This document shows positions 25,026-34,637 of a DNA stretch of 64,000 nucleotides, piece after piece. This DNA is from Akkermansiaceae bacterium (lineage in GTDB: Bacteria > Verrucomicrobiota > Verrucomicrobiia > Verrucomicrobiales > Akkermansiaceae). The position numbers and the translations under genes are program-made. Position 1 is the stretch's first letter; every line of letters begins with the position of its first letter. The notes beneath the pieces were generated by a model that saw only the letters and a program-made list of their open reading frames with translations, made no database searches and had not been told where the DNA came from. The stretch lies in contig JBILQE010000011.1 of assembly GCA_044373465.1 (NCBI GenBank), positions 7,523-71,522 of the forward strand. Reading direction: 5' to 3'.

Positions 25026-25889
25026 TCACTCCAACAACCGGAGCAGGTAGCCGGCGTAGGTCGTCTCGCCGAGGTCGGCGGCGGCGGCGCGCAGGTCCTC
25101 TGCGCTGAGCCAGCCGTTGCGCCAGGCGATCTCCTCGAGGCACGCGACCTTGAACCCCTGGTGGTGCTCGATGGTCCGGACAAACTGCGAGGCCTCCAAC
25201 AGCGAGTCCGGCGTTCCGGTATCCAGCCAGGTGTGGCCGCGGCCGAGAATCTCGACATGGAGGTCGCCGCGCTCGAGGTAGGCGCGGTTGACGCAGGTGA
25301 TTTCCAGTTCGCCGCGTGGCGACGGTTTGACCGCCTTGGCGATCTCGACCACGTCGCGGTCATAGAAATACAACCCGGTGACGGCCAGGTCCGACTGCGG
25401 GTGGGCCGGCTTTTCCTCGATCGACAGCGCGGTGCCGTTAGAATCGCAGGCGACGACCCCGAAGCGCTGCGGGTCGTGGACCTGGTAGCCGAAGATCGTC
25501 GCGCCGCGCGCGCGCGCCGCCGCCGCCTGGAGCTTTGGCGAGAACCCCTGGCCGTAAAAAATGTTGTCCCCGAGGATCAGCGCGCAGCGGCCGCCGGCGA
25601 TGAATTCCTCACCTAGCAGAAACGCCTGCGCCAGCCCGTCGGGCCGCGGCTGGGCCACATAACTCAGGGATATCCCGAAGCGCCCGCCATCGCCTAGCAG
25701 CCGCTGATAGAGCGGCAGGTCCTCCGGGGTCGAGACGAGCAGGATCTCGCGGATGCCGGCAAGCATCAGCACCGAGAGCGGATAGAAGACCATCGGCTTG
25801 TCATAGACCGGCAGCAGCTGCTTGCTCACCGCAAGCGTGCTCGGGTAGAGCCGCTTGCCGGATCCGCCGGCGAGGATGATGGCTTTCAT
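25026..25889 (-). CDS. rfbA: Glucose-1-phosphate thymidylyltransferase
   Basis: ORF trimmed to the ATG at 25889. [55 protein letters not shown]... is a textbook RfbA/RmlA sequence. Confidence 0.92.
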   Translation of the reverse strand: MKAIILAGGSGKRLYPSTLAVSKQLLPVYDKPMVFYPLSVLMLAGIREILLVSTPEDLPLYQRLLGDGGRFGISLSYVAQPRPDGLAQAFLLGEEFIAGGRCALILGDNIFYGQGFSPKLQAAAARARGATIFGYQVHDPQRFGVVACDSNGTALSIEEKPAHPQSDLAVTGLYFYDRDVVEIAKAVKPSPRGELEITCVNRAYLERGDLHVEILGRGHTWLDTGTPDSLLEASQFVRTIEHHQGFKVACLEEIAWRNGWLSAEDLRAAAADLGETTYAGYLLRLLE

Positions 25890-25892
25890 GGG

Positions 25893-26027
25893 CGTAGCGA
25901 ACTTCTTGCGTAGCGAACTTTGTGAAAAGTTCGGCGGGGAGAACTGCCTGCCGCCAGAACGCCCGAACGCGCTAAGGACTTCCAACCTTCCCCCGCCGCA
26001 GCTACAAAACGCGACGAACCTCGCTAC
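25893..26027 (+). repeat. REP-A element copy d
   Basis: cGTAGCGAACTTcttgcGTAGCGAACTTTGTGAAAAGTTCGGCGGGGagaactgCCTGCCGCCAGAACGCCCGaacgcgctaaGGACTTCC...gaacctCGCTACg. It fills the rfbB-rfbA gap and overlaps the rfbB stop codon. Confidence 0.9.
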
Positions 26028-27067
26028 GCAACGCCGCCGCGGCGGGCCAGCGCCGGAGTGGCGGCGATGAGCGGCTGCCACCAGCCAGGATTGTCCAAGT
26101 ACCAGGCGACGGTCTGGCGGATGGCGGCATGCGGGTCGCGGGTCGGCTGCCAGCCGAGGTCACGGCGGATTTTCGCCGGGTTGATCGCGTAGCGGTGGTC
26201 GTGGCCCGGGCGGTCGGCGACCAGGCGGATTTGTTGGGCGTACCCCTGGCCGTCTGGGCGCGGGCGGAGTTCGTCGAGGATCGCGCAGAGGTGATTGACG
26301 AGGTCGATATTCCGCCACTCGTTGTTGCCTCCGATCGCGTAGGTCTCTCCCGGGGTCCCGCGCTCGGCGACGGCCAACAGCGCCGCGGCGTGGTCACCGA
26401 CAAACAACCAGTCGCGGACGTTCTCGCCGGTCCCGTAGACCGGCAGCTGCTCGCCGCCGAGCGCCTTGAGAATCGTTAGCGGAATGAGTTTCTCGGGGAA
26501 CTGGTACGGGCCAAAGTTGTTAGAGCAGTGGGTGACGACCACCGGGATGCCGAACGTCGTGTGCCAGGCGCGGGCGAGGTGGTCGGACGCCGCCTTGCTG
26601 GCCGAGTATGGCGAGTGCGGCTGATAGGGGCTGTGTTCATCGAACGCGCCGGTCGGCCCGAGCGAGCCGAAGACCTCGTCGGTGGAAACGTGGACAAAGC
26701 GGAACCCGGGGTCCGGCTGGGATGTTAGAAATGTCCGGGTAGCTTCCAACAACGTGAACGAGCCGACGATGTTGGCCTGGATGAAGGCGGCCGGGCCGTC
26801 GATGGAGCGGTCGACATGCGACTCGGCGGCGAGGTGGATGAGCCGCTGCGGGCGGAAGCCCGCGAAGGCCGAGTGGACGGCCTGGGCGTCGGCGATGTCG
26901 GCGTGGCGGAACTGATAGGCCGGGTGGTTTTCGAGGTCGGCGAGCGACGCGCGGTTGCCGGCGTAGGTGAGTTTGTCGACGTTGAGGACCTGGTGGCCGT
27001 GGGCGACGAGGAGCCTGACGAGGTTGGAGCCGATGAATCCGGAGCCGCCGGTGACGAGGATGCGCAT
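26024..27067 (-). CDS. rfbB: dTDP-glucose 4,6-dehydratase
   Basis: [20 protein letters not shown]...DKLTYAGN...[11 protein letters not shown] (YxxxK)...; colinear with RfbB/RmlB. 347 aa. Confidence 0.92.
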   Translation of the reverse strand: MRILVTGGSGFIGSNLVRLLVAHGHQVLNVDKLTYAGNRASLADLENHPAYQFRHADIADAQAVHSAFAGFRPQRLIHLAAESHVDRSIDGPAAFIQANIVGSFTLLEATRTFLTSQPDPGFRFVHVSTDEVFGSLGPTGAFDEHSPYQPHSPYSASKAASDHLARAWHTTFGIPVVVTHCSNNFGPYQFPEKLIPLTILKALGGEQLPVYGTGENVRDWLFVGDHAAALLAVAERGTPGETYAIGGNNEWRNIDLVNHLCAILDELRPRPDGQGYAQQIRLVADRPGHDHRYAINPAKIRRDLGWQPTRDPHAAIRQTVAWYLDNPGWWQPLIAATPALARRGGVA

Positions 27068-27072
27068 GGAGG

Positions 27073-27105
27073 AGTCGAAGGTCGGAAAGTCGAAGGTCGA
27101 AAGTC
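27073..27105. repeat. Tandem repeat (AGTCGAAGGTCGRA, 14-bp period built from two heptamers) in the rfbB 5' leader
   Basis: Read directly: agtcgaaggtcgga aagtcgaaggtcga aagtc, beginning 6 nt upstream of the rfbB ATG (27067). A related ggagtcgaaggtttcgg...gggtcgggtc lies at 27213-27243. Confidence 0.8.
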
Positions 27106-27243
27106 AATTCAAGGAGCGGCGATCTCCGAATCGCCGAGCCGATGAGATGCCGATGAAATGCGGGCACCTTCCCCCATCGACACTCCATGGTCCTGGCTGA
27201 GCTGCGGGGTGAGGAGTCGAAGGTTTCGGGGCCGGGGGTCGGG

Positions 27244-29166
27244 TCAGCGGGCCGGCGTGGCAAGCAGGGCGAGAAACGCCGGGACCAGCCGGAGGCTGCC
27301 GCGGACGCTGAGATGGTTGGAATCCCGGAAAAACACCCCGTCGCTGTCGGCCACCTGGACGAGTCCGGAGGAATCGCAGAGGGCGGGAAGCGGGTCGAGG
27401 AAGTCGAGCCCGGCAGTGCCGGTGAGAGAAGCGAAGATCGTGTCCTGCGGTGTGACGTCGTGGCGGTGCTCGGCGGCGGTGAACGAGACGCCGAGGGCGT
27501 CCCAGCCGAACATTTCCTTGAGGGCGGTGCTTTGCGGGACGTTCTTCGGCAGGCTGGGGACCTCGCGGAGAATCGTGACCTGGCAGCCGCAGGCGCGGAG
27601 GTCGTCGATGGTGCGCTTGAGTGCGGCGGCGAAGCGCCCGTCGGCGTCCGCCTGGGTGTAGGCGCGCCAGCGGGCGACGAGGATGACCCGCTCGATCGGC
27701 GCAGTTGCCGCGGCGGCGCGGATGTGGTCGAGGACCGCCTGGTTATACGCCGGGGCGCGCTCGCTCAGGCCGAAGTGGTGGACGAAATACCAGCCGAGGA
27801 CCGGGGCGGTGGCGGAGGCGGTTGCCGCCTCGGCGCGGATGCCGGCTTGCTTGCAGGCGGCGTCGATGGCTGGGAGGACTGCCATCGCGTGGCTGTCGCC
27901 CCAAACGAAGATGCGCCGGGTGGCGGCGGGATCGCCGACGGTGGTGAGGTTCTGCGGGATGTCCTCGCGGCGCATCAGCCGGTCATACGGGTTGGCCGCC
28001 GCCCCGCCGGCAAACATGAGCGCCTCGGCCGACAACCGCTGCGGGAACCCGCCGGACCCCCAAACGGTCGTCGCCTGCAGCGCCAGCGCCACCCCGGCGA
28101 GCGCCGCCAGCGCAAATGTCCGGCGCGGCGATTGACCGCTGCGCCGGCCGCGAAACGGCCGCTCGACAAACCGTAACGACAGCCAAGCAAACCCGAGCGC
28201 CACCACCACCAGCGCGCCGCTCAGCGCGTGCGAGTCGAGCCCGAGGCCAAGATAGCGGCGCAGCGCCAACAGCGGCCAGTGCCAGAGGTAGAGCGAGTAG
28301 GAAAGCAACCCGAGAGCCACCAGCGGCGCCCACCCGAGGAGCCGGTGGGCGCTCGAGCGCGGCGACCCACCCGCATCCGGGATGCCGCTCCAGATGAGCA
28401 AGACGGCGCCAAGCACCGGCGGCAGCGCTGCGAGCCCGGGAAACCGCGTGTCCTGTGAATACCACCCGGCGGCCACCGCGATCGCCGCCAACCCGGACCA
28501 CCCCATCACCTCGCGCAGCCCGCGCCGCGCAACCGGCCCGGCAAACGCCAGCAGCCCGCCGGCCGCCAGTTCCCACGCCCGCGTCGGCAGCAGGAAGAAG
28601 CTCGCCTTCGGAATCCGTGGAACCAGGATGATCGCCAGCGCCAAGCTCGCGACCACCCCGAGCGCCAGCAGCGGCGCGCACCAACCGGCCCGCCGGATCC
28701 GGAACAAGCCGATGAGCAGCAGCGGGATGAATAGGTAAAACTGTTCCTCGAGCGAGAGCGACCAGGTGTGGAGCAGCGGTTGCTGTTCGGCGGCCGCGCC
28801 AAAATACCCGGTCTCGCGCCAAAACCACAGGTTCGCCGAAAATCCCAGCAGCGCCAATACCTGCTTCCCGAGGTCCTCCAAGTGCTCCGGCAGCAGCACG
28901 ATGCTCCCGACGACGAGCACCGTGGCGACCATCACCGTCAGCGCCGGCAAGATCCTCCGCGCCCGGCGTTCCCAAAAGTCCCACAAGGAAAAGGTTCCTG
29001 ACCGCAAGTCTTTGATGATCAGACTTGTAATCAGGAACCCGGAAATCGCGAAAAACACATCCACCCCGACATAGCCGCCCGTCACGCCCAGCCCGGCGTG
29101 GAAGAGGACCACGCTGAGGATGGCTACCGCACGCAGGCCGTCGATGTCGCGCCGGTAGGTGAGCAT
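27244..29166 (-). CDS. AT3-SGNH fused O-acyltransferase (OafA/YrhL-like)
   Basis: ORF trimmed to the ATG at 29166. MLTYRRDIDGLRAVAILSVVLFHAG is an AT3 N-terminus, followed by about 10 TM segments and a C-terminal SGNH-like domain (IFVWGDSHAMA ... FRDSNHLS). Confidence 0.85.
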   Translation of the reverse strand: MLTYRRDIDGLRAVAILSVVLFHAGLGVTGGYVGVDVFFAISGFLITSLIIKDLRSGTFSLWDFWERRARRILPALTVMVATVLVVGSIVLLPEHLEDLGKQVLALLGFSANLWFWRETGYFGAAAEQQPLLHTWSLSLEEQFYLFIPLLLIGLFRIRRAGWCAPLLALGVVASLALAIILVPRIPKASFFLLPTRAWELAAGGLLAFAGPVARRGLREVMGWSGLAAIAVAAGWYSQDTRFPGLAALPPVLGAVLLIWSGIPDAGGSPRSSAHRLLGWAPLVALGLLSYSLYLWHWPLLALRRYLGLGLDSHALSGALVVVALGFAWLSLRFVERPFRGRRSGQSPRRTFALAALAGVALALQATTVWGSGGFPQRLSAEALMFAGGAAANPYDRLMRREDIPQNLTTVGDPAATRRIFVWGDSHAMAVLPAIDAACKQAGIRAEAATASATAPVLGWYFVHHFGLSERAPAYNQAVLDHIRAAAATAPIERVILVARWRAYTQADADGRFAAALKRTIDDLRACGCQVTILREVPSLPKNVPQSTALKEMFGWDALGVSFTAAEHRHDVTPQDTIFASLTGTAGLDFLDPLPALCDSSGLVQVADSDGVFFRDSNHLSVRGSLRLVPAFLALLATPAR

Positions 29167-29176
29167 GGATGGGGGC

Positions 29177-30571
29177 CTATTCGCCCTTGCCGATGATGAA
29201 CGCCTCGAAGCCGTGTTCGGCGAGCGCGGCAACCGGCAGAATCGCCCGGCCGTCAAAGACAAACGCCGGCTTGAGCATCGCCGCGTAGACCCGTGCCAGG
29301 TCGAGCGTGCGGAACTCGTCCCATTCGGTCAGGGTCGCCAGCGCGTGGGCTCCGGTGACCGCCTCGTACGGGTCGCGGCAAATTTCGACGTTGCTGGCGA
29401 TCAATGCGGGGGCCACCCCGGCGGCGGCCAGGTCGGCGCGGATCGACTCGCCATCGACGCGCGGGTCGTAGATCGCGACGTGGGCGCGCTCAAGCAGCAG
29501 TCCGCGGCAAACGTGGATGGCGGCCGACTCGCGGGTGTCGTTGGTGTCCTTCTTGAAGGCGAACCCGAGCACCGCGATGCGTTTCCCGCTGACCGTATTA
29601 TAGAGTGTGCGGACGATTTTTTCGACGAACCGGGATTTCTGCCAGTCGTTGAGGTGGACGACCTGGCGCCAATACTCGGCGACTTCCGGGAGGCGGAACG
29701 AATCGCACAGGTAGACGAGGTTGAGGATGTCCTTCTGGAAACACGAGCCGCCGAAGCCCACCGACGCCTTCAGGAACTTCGGCCCGATCCGCGAGTCGGT
29801 CCCGATCGCCCGCGCCACCTCGTCGACATCCGCCCCGGTCGCCTCGCACAGCGCCGAGATCGAGTTGATCGACGAGATCCGCTGGGCGAGGAACGCGTTG
29901 GCCACCAGCTTCGAGAGTTCCGACGACCAGAGGTTGGTGGTGATGATGCGCTCCAGCGGCACCCAGCGGGCATACACCGAGACGAGCGCGGCGACCGCGG
30001 CGTGCCCCTCGACGGTCGACTCGCCGCCGATGAGGATCCGGTCCGGCTCGTGAAGGTCGGCAATCGCCGTCCCTTCCGCCAGGAACTCGGGGTTGGAGAG
30101 CACCTGGAAGGTCGCCCCGGATTTGCAATTCGCCGCCAGGATCGACTTGATCGCCGTGGCGGTGCGCACCGGGATGGTGCTCTTCTCAACGATAATCTTA
30201 TCACAGTCGGCGACTTCCGCGATCAAGCGCGCCGCTGATTCGATGTAGCACAGGTCCGCCGCGCGCCCCGCACCGATCCCGTACGACTTCGTCGGCGTCC
30301 CGACCGAGACGAAGATCAGGTCCGCCCCGGCAATCGCCGCGCGCGCATCCGTGGTGAAATGCAGGTTCTTCCCGCGCGCCGCGCTGACAATCTCGTCAAG
30401 CCCCGGCTCGTAGACCGGCAACACCGCCGAGTTCCATGCGTCAATCCGCGCACCGTTGAGGTCCGCCACCGTCACCTGGATGTCCGGGCACTTCGCCGCG
30501 ATCATCGCCATCGTCGGCCCACCGACGTATCCCGCTCCCAAACAACAGATCGATTTGATCCGGATTGGCAT
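29177..30571 (-). CDS. ugd: UDP-glucose 6-dehydrogenase
   Basis: ORF trimmed to the ATG at 30571. [29 protein letters not shown]... plus ...[10 protein letters not shown]... (catalytic Cys block). This is the long, eukaryote-like UGDH type. Confidence 0.9.
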   Translation of the reverse strand: MPIRIKSICCLGAGYVGGPTMAMIAAKCPDIQVTVADLNGARIDAWNSAVLPVYEPGLDEIVSAARGKNLHFTTDARAAIAGADLIFVSVGTPTKSYGIGAGRAADLCYIESAARLIAEVADCDKIIVEKSTIPVRTATAIKSILAANCKSGATFQVLSNPEFLAEGTAIADLHEPDRILIGGESTVEGHAAVAALVSVYARWVPLERIITTNLWSSELSKLVANAFLAQRISSINSISALCEATGADVDEVARAIGTDSRIGPKFLKASVGFGGSCFQKDILNLVYLCDSFRLPEVAEYWRQVVHLNDWQKSRFVEKIVRTLYNTVSGKRIAVLGFAFKKDTNDTRESAAIHVCRGLLLERAHVAIYDPRVDGESIRADLAAAGVAPALIASNVEICRDPYEAVTGAHALATLTEWDEFRTLDLARVYAAMLKPAFVFDGRAILPVAALAEHGFEAFIIGKGE

Positions 30572-30736
30572 CGGCGCGCTTTTCACCGCCGCCGGTGATC
30601 CGCTCACCGCCGCCATTGATTTTGTCTTCGAGTTTGCTGCAGACATTGACTTGGTTTTTCTAATTTTTTTCCCGGCTCCCCGGGTCCGATCCTCCGCTGA
30701 AAATCCTCCCACTCTCCCTCCGCTGGTAGATATTTG

Positions 30737-30756
30737 CTAGCAGGCATTTCTGCTAG
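30737..30756. promoter_or_regulatory. Inverted pair of the CTAGCAG heptamer (CTAGCAG-gcattt-CTGCTAG)
   Basis: Read directly, in the ugd / wecA-like divergent intergenic region. The same heptamer is triplicated at 14266-14289. Confidence 0.35.
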
Positions 30757-31178
30757 GCCGGGTTTTTTCCCGGCACGCTGCGGGCCGCGGATCAACCGCT
30801 TTATCTAACCACGCTGCCGCCCGCGGTCGCTTCCCGTGGACGGGAAAACCTTCAGATGGAATCAGTTAGGCGGTCGGGGCGGTGGCCGGCTTGCACCGGC
30901 GCGCGCAGGGAAAAAAACTAGCCAGGACTCACTGCGGGGGGCGCCCGCCCTGAAATCCGCCACTCCGCCCCTGCGCGGGAGTGCCGTGGCCTAGCTGAAC
31001 AAACCCGCCGCGGTTGTTCAAGAAATTTTGAACGCCGCCATGGCCTTCGGGTTAGCCGGATTTTAATTTAAATCGGCTTGATTTTGTTAGGCCCGCAGGG
31101 TTTCAGATAGACCCTGAAATTTTTGCGAGTTCCGGCTGTTGAGCATTTGATGCTGGGCAGTTGGAGGGTTCCGGCGGG

Positions 31179-33221
31179 ATGAGTTTCCAATGGTTTGATG
31201 TGTCGATGCTGAGTTCATTTGGATTGCTGTCACTGATAGGGCTGCCGGTGCTGCTGGTCGTCTCGATGGTGCTCACGCGGGTGATGATCCGGGTGGCGCC
31301 GCGGGTTGGGTTGATTGACCACCCGTCGGAGCGGCGGATTCACGTCAAGCCGGTCCCGCGGGCCGGCGGGATCGCGGTGTATGCGACGATGGTGCTCGGA
31401 TGCGTGGCGCTGCTGGTGCTCCGGGTCGACCTTGGGACGCAAATTAGCGGGAAGTGGCTGCTGGCGTTTTTAGGGGCGGCGTCGCTGCTGGTGGTCGTCG
31501 GAATCGCCGACGACCGCTGGTCGCTTTCGGCGTGGTTCAAGCTTGGCGTCCAGTGTCTGGCGGCGGCGGTCATGTTCCGGTTCTCGGCCAATCCCGGGCA
31601 GATGTTCGGCTTCCAGATCCCGTGGATCATCGAGTTTGGCGTCCACATGGCCTGGTATGTCGCCCTTATCAACGCCTTCAACCTGATTGACGGGATGGAC
31701 GGGCTGTGCGCCGGCCTCGGGCTCATCGCCCTGACGATTCTCGGGGTGCTCGCGGCGGTGAGCGCCTCGCCGCAGAGCGCCCTGATCATCGGGGTGATGG
31801 CCATGGCGTTGTTGGGTTTCCTGCGCTACAACTTCCACCCGGCGCGAATCTTTTTGGGCGATGCCGGCTCGATGCTGATCGGGTTTTTCATTGCCGCGGT
31901 CGGGGCATCGACGGTCGGGCGCAACGCGGTGATGGCCGGGCTGCTGTTGCCGCTGCTAGTCGCCGGGGTGCCGTTGTTTGACGTGTTTCTTGCCATCTGG
32001 CGGCGTACCGCGCGGCGGCTTGCCAATTCGCGCCCCGGCCAGGCGGCGATCCGGGTGTTTGACCCGGACCGCGACCACCTGCACCACCGGCTGTTAGGCT
32101 GGGGTTTGAGCCAGCGGCAGACGGCGTTGGTGATTTACGGGTTGGCGGTGGGGGCGGCGCTCCTGGCGTTGCTGCCGATGCTTGGTGGTGAGAACTTGCT
32201 GGCGGTTTCTGCGGTCGGAGCGGTGGTCATCGGGCTGGTGGGGTTGAGGTATCTGGCGCCGGTGGAGGTCATCGAGAGCGGTGCGGGGCTGCGAGCGGTG
32301 ATCCGCCGGCCGCGCGGGGCGCGGGGGATGGTGACGCTGTATTTTTGCTATGACGCGGTGGCGCTGGCGGTCTCTGCGCTGGCGGCGTTGTTTTTGCTTG
32401 AGAAAGTGACGATGACGGTGATCGACCGGCAGCCGTTCTGGCTGGCGGTCTCGGTGTTCACGGCCGGCGGGCTTGTCGGGTTGCGGTTTGGCAAAGCGCA
32501 TGTCCGGCGGTGGATGCGCGCGGGGATGTATGACTTTGCCGAGACCCTCATCTGGTTGCTGTGCGGTGCGGGGATGAGCTTCAGCCTGCAGAGCATGGCG
32601 CTGGTGGACTTCAGTTTTCGCCAGCTGGTGTTCCACATATGCGCGCTGGCGCTGGCGGTGCCGCTGATTTTCCTGCCGCGCTGCCTTGGCTCGCTGCTGC
32701 GCGAGTTGGTCATCGACACGATGCACCGGCGGCGGCGGCTGGCGACCAAGAAGGCCACCCGCACCGCGCTGCTCTACGGGGCGGGCGACATCGCCGAGTT
32801 GTTCCTCTGCTACCTGCGGGTTTCGCCGCCGTCACGCTGGGCGGATTTCCACTTTGTCGGATTTCTTGACGACAGCGAGGCGCTCAAAGGCCGGCGCCTT
32901 GGCGGCTTCCCGATCCTCGGCGGGCTTGCCCAACTGCGCGGCATCAGCGCCAGGATGGGGGTCAACTGCCTGGTCATCACCGCCACCTTCGACGACGACC
33001 ACCGCCAGCAACTGCTTGCCGAGGCCGAGCGGCTCGACTTGGAGGTCCACGTGTGGCTGCCTGGCATGGAGCCCCAGCTATTGCGTCAGGTTGCCAGCGG
33101 GCTTGATCGGCCCGCGGCTGAGGATGAGGAACTCGCCATGGATGCCGGGCTCCTCCGGCAGGCCCCGCCAAGCGCCACCGCAGGCGCCTGTTTGGCTGGG
33201 TACAAGGCTTCCGCTTCTTGA
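31179..33221 (+). CDS. Polyprenyl-phosphate HexNAc-1-phosphate transferase (WecA/MraY family) fused to extra TM segments and a WbaP/CapD-N-like Rossmann domain
   Basis: ATG at 31179 (TTG at 31161). ...AFNLIDGMDGLCAG... and ...IFLGDAGSMLIG... are WecA/MraY motifs. The C-terminal ...ALLYGAGDIAELFLCYL...FVGFLDDSEALKGRRLGGFPILGGLAQL...NCLVITATFDD resembles the nucleotide-binding domain found at the N-terminus of sugar transferases and CapD. Confidence 0.75.
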   Translation: MSFQWFDVSMLSSFGLLSLIGLPVLLVVSMVLTRVMIRVAPRVGLIDHPSERRIHVKPVPRAGGIAVYATMVLGCVALLVLRVDLGTQISGKWLLAFLGAASLLVVVGIADDRWSLSAWFKLGVQCLAAAVMFRFSANPGQMFGFQIPWIIEFGVHMAWYVALINAFNLIDGMDGLCAGLGLIALTILGVLAAVSASPQSALIIGVMAMALLGFLRYNFHPARIFLGDAGSMLIGFFIAAVGASTVGRNAVMAGLLLPLLVAGVPLFDVFLAIWRRTARRLANSRPGQAAIRVFDPDRDHLHHRLLGWGLSQRQTALVIYGLAVGAALLALLPMLGGENLLAVSAVGAVVIGLVGLRYLAPVEVIESGAGLRAVIRRPRGARGMVTLYFCYDAVALAVSALAALFLLEKVTMTVIDRQPFWLAVSVFTAGGLVGLRFGKAHVRRWMRAGMYDFAETLIWLLCGAGMSFSLQSMALVDFSFRQLVFHICALALAVPLIFLPRCLGSLLRELVIDTMHRRRRLATKKATRTALLYGAGDIAELFLCYLRVSPPSRWADFHFVGFLDDSEALKGRRLGGFPILGGLAQLRGISARMGVNCLVITATFDDDHRQQLLAEAERLDLEVHVWLPGMEPQLLRQVASGLDRPAAEDEELAMDAGLLRQAPPSATAGACLAGYKASAS

Positions 33222-33252
33222 CAGGGAAGGTAAAATTTCAAACAACAAGTTC

Positions 33253-34524
33253 ATGACGACCCGCCCTCGGACCTCCACGCTCTGCGCAGCCCTCACCGGC
33301 CTGACTCTTGCACTGACGGCGGGTGGCTGGGCGCAGGATGTCATGTATGATCTTGAGAGCGAGGTGGCCACCCCGGTGCCGGTGACCACGGTGCTTCCTG
33401 AGTACGATGGCTCGAATGGCGCGAGCAGGTTTTTCCCGTCCGGCGATGCCATGCGGCTGTTTGATGGCTTGAGTGCCTCGCTCACGTATGGAGGGATGTA
33501 CGATTCGAACCTCCGCCGTGGCTCTGGCGGAACCGGCGTTGCTGCCGGGGACGACTTCATGCTCCACGTGGCGCCGATGCTGAGCTATTCGAATCCGGGG
33601 ACCGATTGGACGGTCACCGCGGCGGCCGGCTTGGAATATTCTGAATACCTGAGCAATTCCGACATTGGCGGCTTGGGCGGGAGTGCGATGGTGGGTCTTG
33701 GCTACGAGGGCGGGAAGGTCGCGCTGCGGGGGACCTTCGGGTTTTCCCGGGAGGTCGGTGGCAACAACCGCAACTACGATTCGGCAGCCGTCGAGCGCGA
33801 CCAGTTCAATCTGGACCTCAGCGGGTCCTATCGGCTGAGCTCGAAAACGACCATTGACGCCGGCTATTCCTACCGCTGGGACGATCCGGAGAGCGGCTTC
33901 GGCGGGACGACCAGCAGCGTTCTGCGTGGTTCGTTGATGTGGCGCTATTCGCCGCTGCTGCGGGTCGGCCCCGGGCTGCGCTACAGCCACCAGACCGGTG
34001 ACATCCAGGCCGACCGTGACACGTTCGGGCCGACGTTGCGCGCCGACTACCAGCTGACCTCGAAAGTGGCCATCAACAGCGAGATCGGCGTCGACTTCGT
34101 CAGCTTCGGTGGCCCGGGTGGGGCATCGGACGAGTTTTTCCATGCGCGGCTGGGAGCCAATTACCGGCTCTCGCCGCTGTGGAGTTTCAACCTTTCGGTG
34201 TTTCGGGATGCGCGGGCTGACTCGGCGATCGCCGACACCTACCGGGAAATCCTTTCGACCCGGGTTGGCGTCACCCGCCGGATCAAGCGCGCTACGCTGG
34301 ATCTCGGGTTGACCTACGAAACGGACGAACAGGTAGCCACCAACGGCGCAGCGATTCTCAACAATGACCGCGATTACCTGATCTTCGACTCGATGCTCTC
34401 GATGCCGGTGTTTGGCGGTCGGAGCAGTCTCGGGATTTTCTACCGCTGGAGGGACGAGAACCGGGGCGCGGGCGACTCGTGGGATGGTTACCAAGTCGGC
34501 CTAAGCCTGACGACCCGATTTTGA
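33253..34524 (+). CDS. Outer-membrane beta-barrel protein of the polysaccharide export arm
   Basis: ORF 32686..34524 trimmed to the ATG at 33253. Signal peptide: MTTRPRTSTLCAALTGLTLALTAGGWAQD. Alternating-hydrophobic Y/G/S-rich strands run throughout, and the protein ends ...GLSLTTRF with a terminal Phe. Confidence 0.65.
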   Translation: MTTRPRTSTLCAALTGLTLALTAGGWAQDVMYDLESEVATPVPVTTVLPEYDGSNGASRFFPSGDAMRLFDGLSASLTYGGMYDSNLRRGSGGTGVAAGDDFMLHVAPMLSYSNPGTDWTVTAAAGLEYSEYLSNSDIGGLGGSAMVGLGYEGGKVALRGTFGFSREVGGNNRNYDSAAVERDQFNLDLSGSYRLSSKTTIDAGYSYRWDDPESGFGGTTSSVLRGSLMWRYSPLLRVGPGLRYSHQTGDIQADRDTFGPTLRADYQLTSKVAINSEIGVDFVSFGGPGGASDEFFHARLGANYRLSPLWSFNLSVFRDARADSAIADTYREILSTRVGVTRRIKRATLDLGLTYETDEQVATNGAAILNNDRDYLIFDSMLSMPVFGGRSSLGIFYRWRDENRGAGDSWDGYQVGLSLTTRF

Positions 34525-34637
34525 TGCGGGTTTGACAGATTGCTTCGGACTACTAAGCTGTCATCTGCCAGTTGGCAGTGGCTTGCCGGCGCCCTCCGTG
34601 AAGCCGTGCCGTCTTGATTTCATCCACCTCCTAGTTC

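Noticed and set aside
25890-26081. N-terminal extensions given by the ORF track for several genes (rfbA to 26081, sulfotransferase to 18119, BKACE to 25143, wbqC to 23215, GT to 1697, ugd to 30712, OMP from 32686, lipoprotein from 55983, sufD to 42837).
   Set aside because: The extensions read through repeat elements or the neighbouring gene, are Arg/Pro-rich, and precede internal ATGs that give canonical family N-termini or signal peptides.
30713-31178. Search for a JUMPStart/ops (GGCGGTAG) antitermination element in the leader of the locus.
   Set aside because: Only a near match (GGCGGTCG at about 30869) is present. There is no exact ops core, so no claim is made.
34532-34559. TTGACA (34532-34537) plus TAAGCT (34554-34559) as a sigma-70-like promoter for wza.
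   Set aside because: The -10 is weak, the spacing is only acceptable for one of several possible -10 choices, and the promoter consensus for this lineage is unknown. It is not supportable without transcription-start data.
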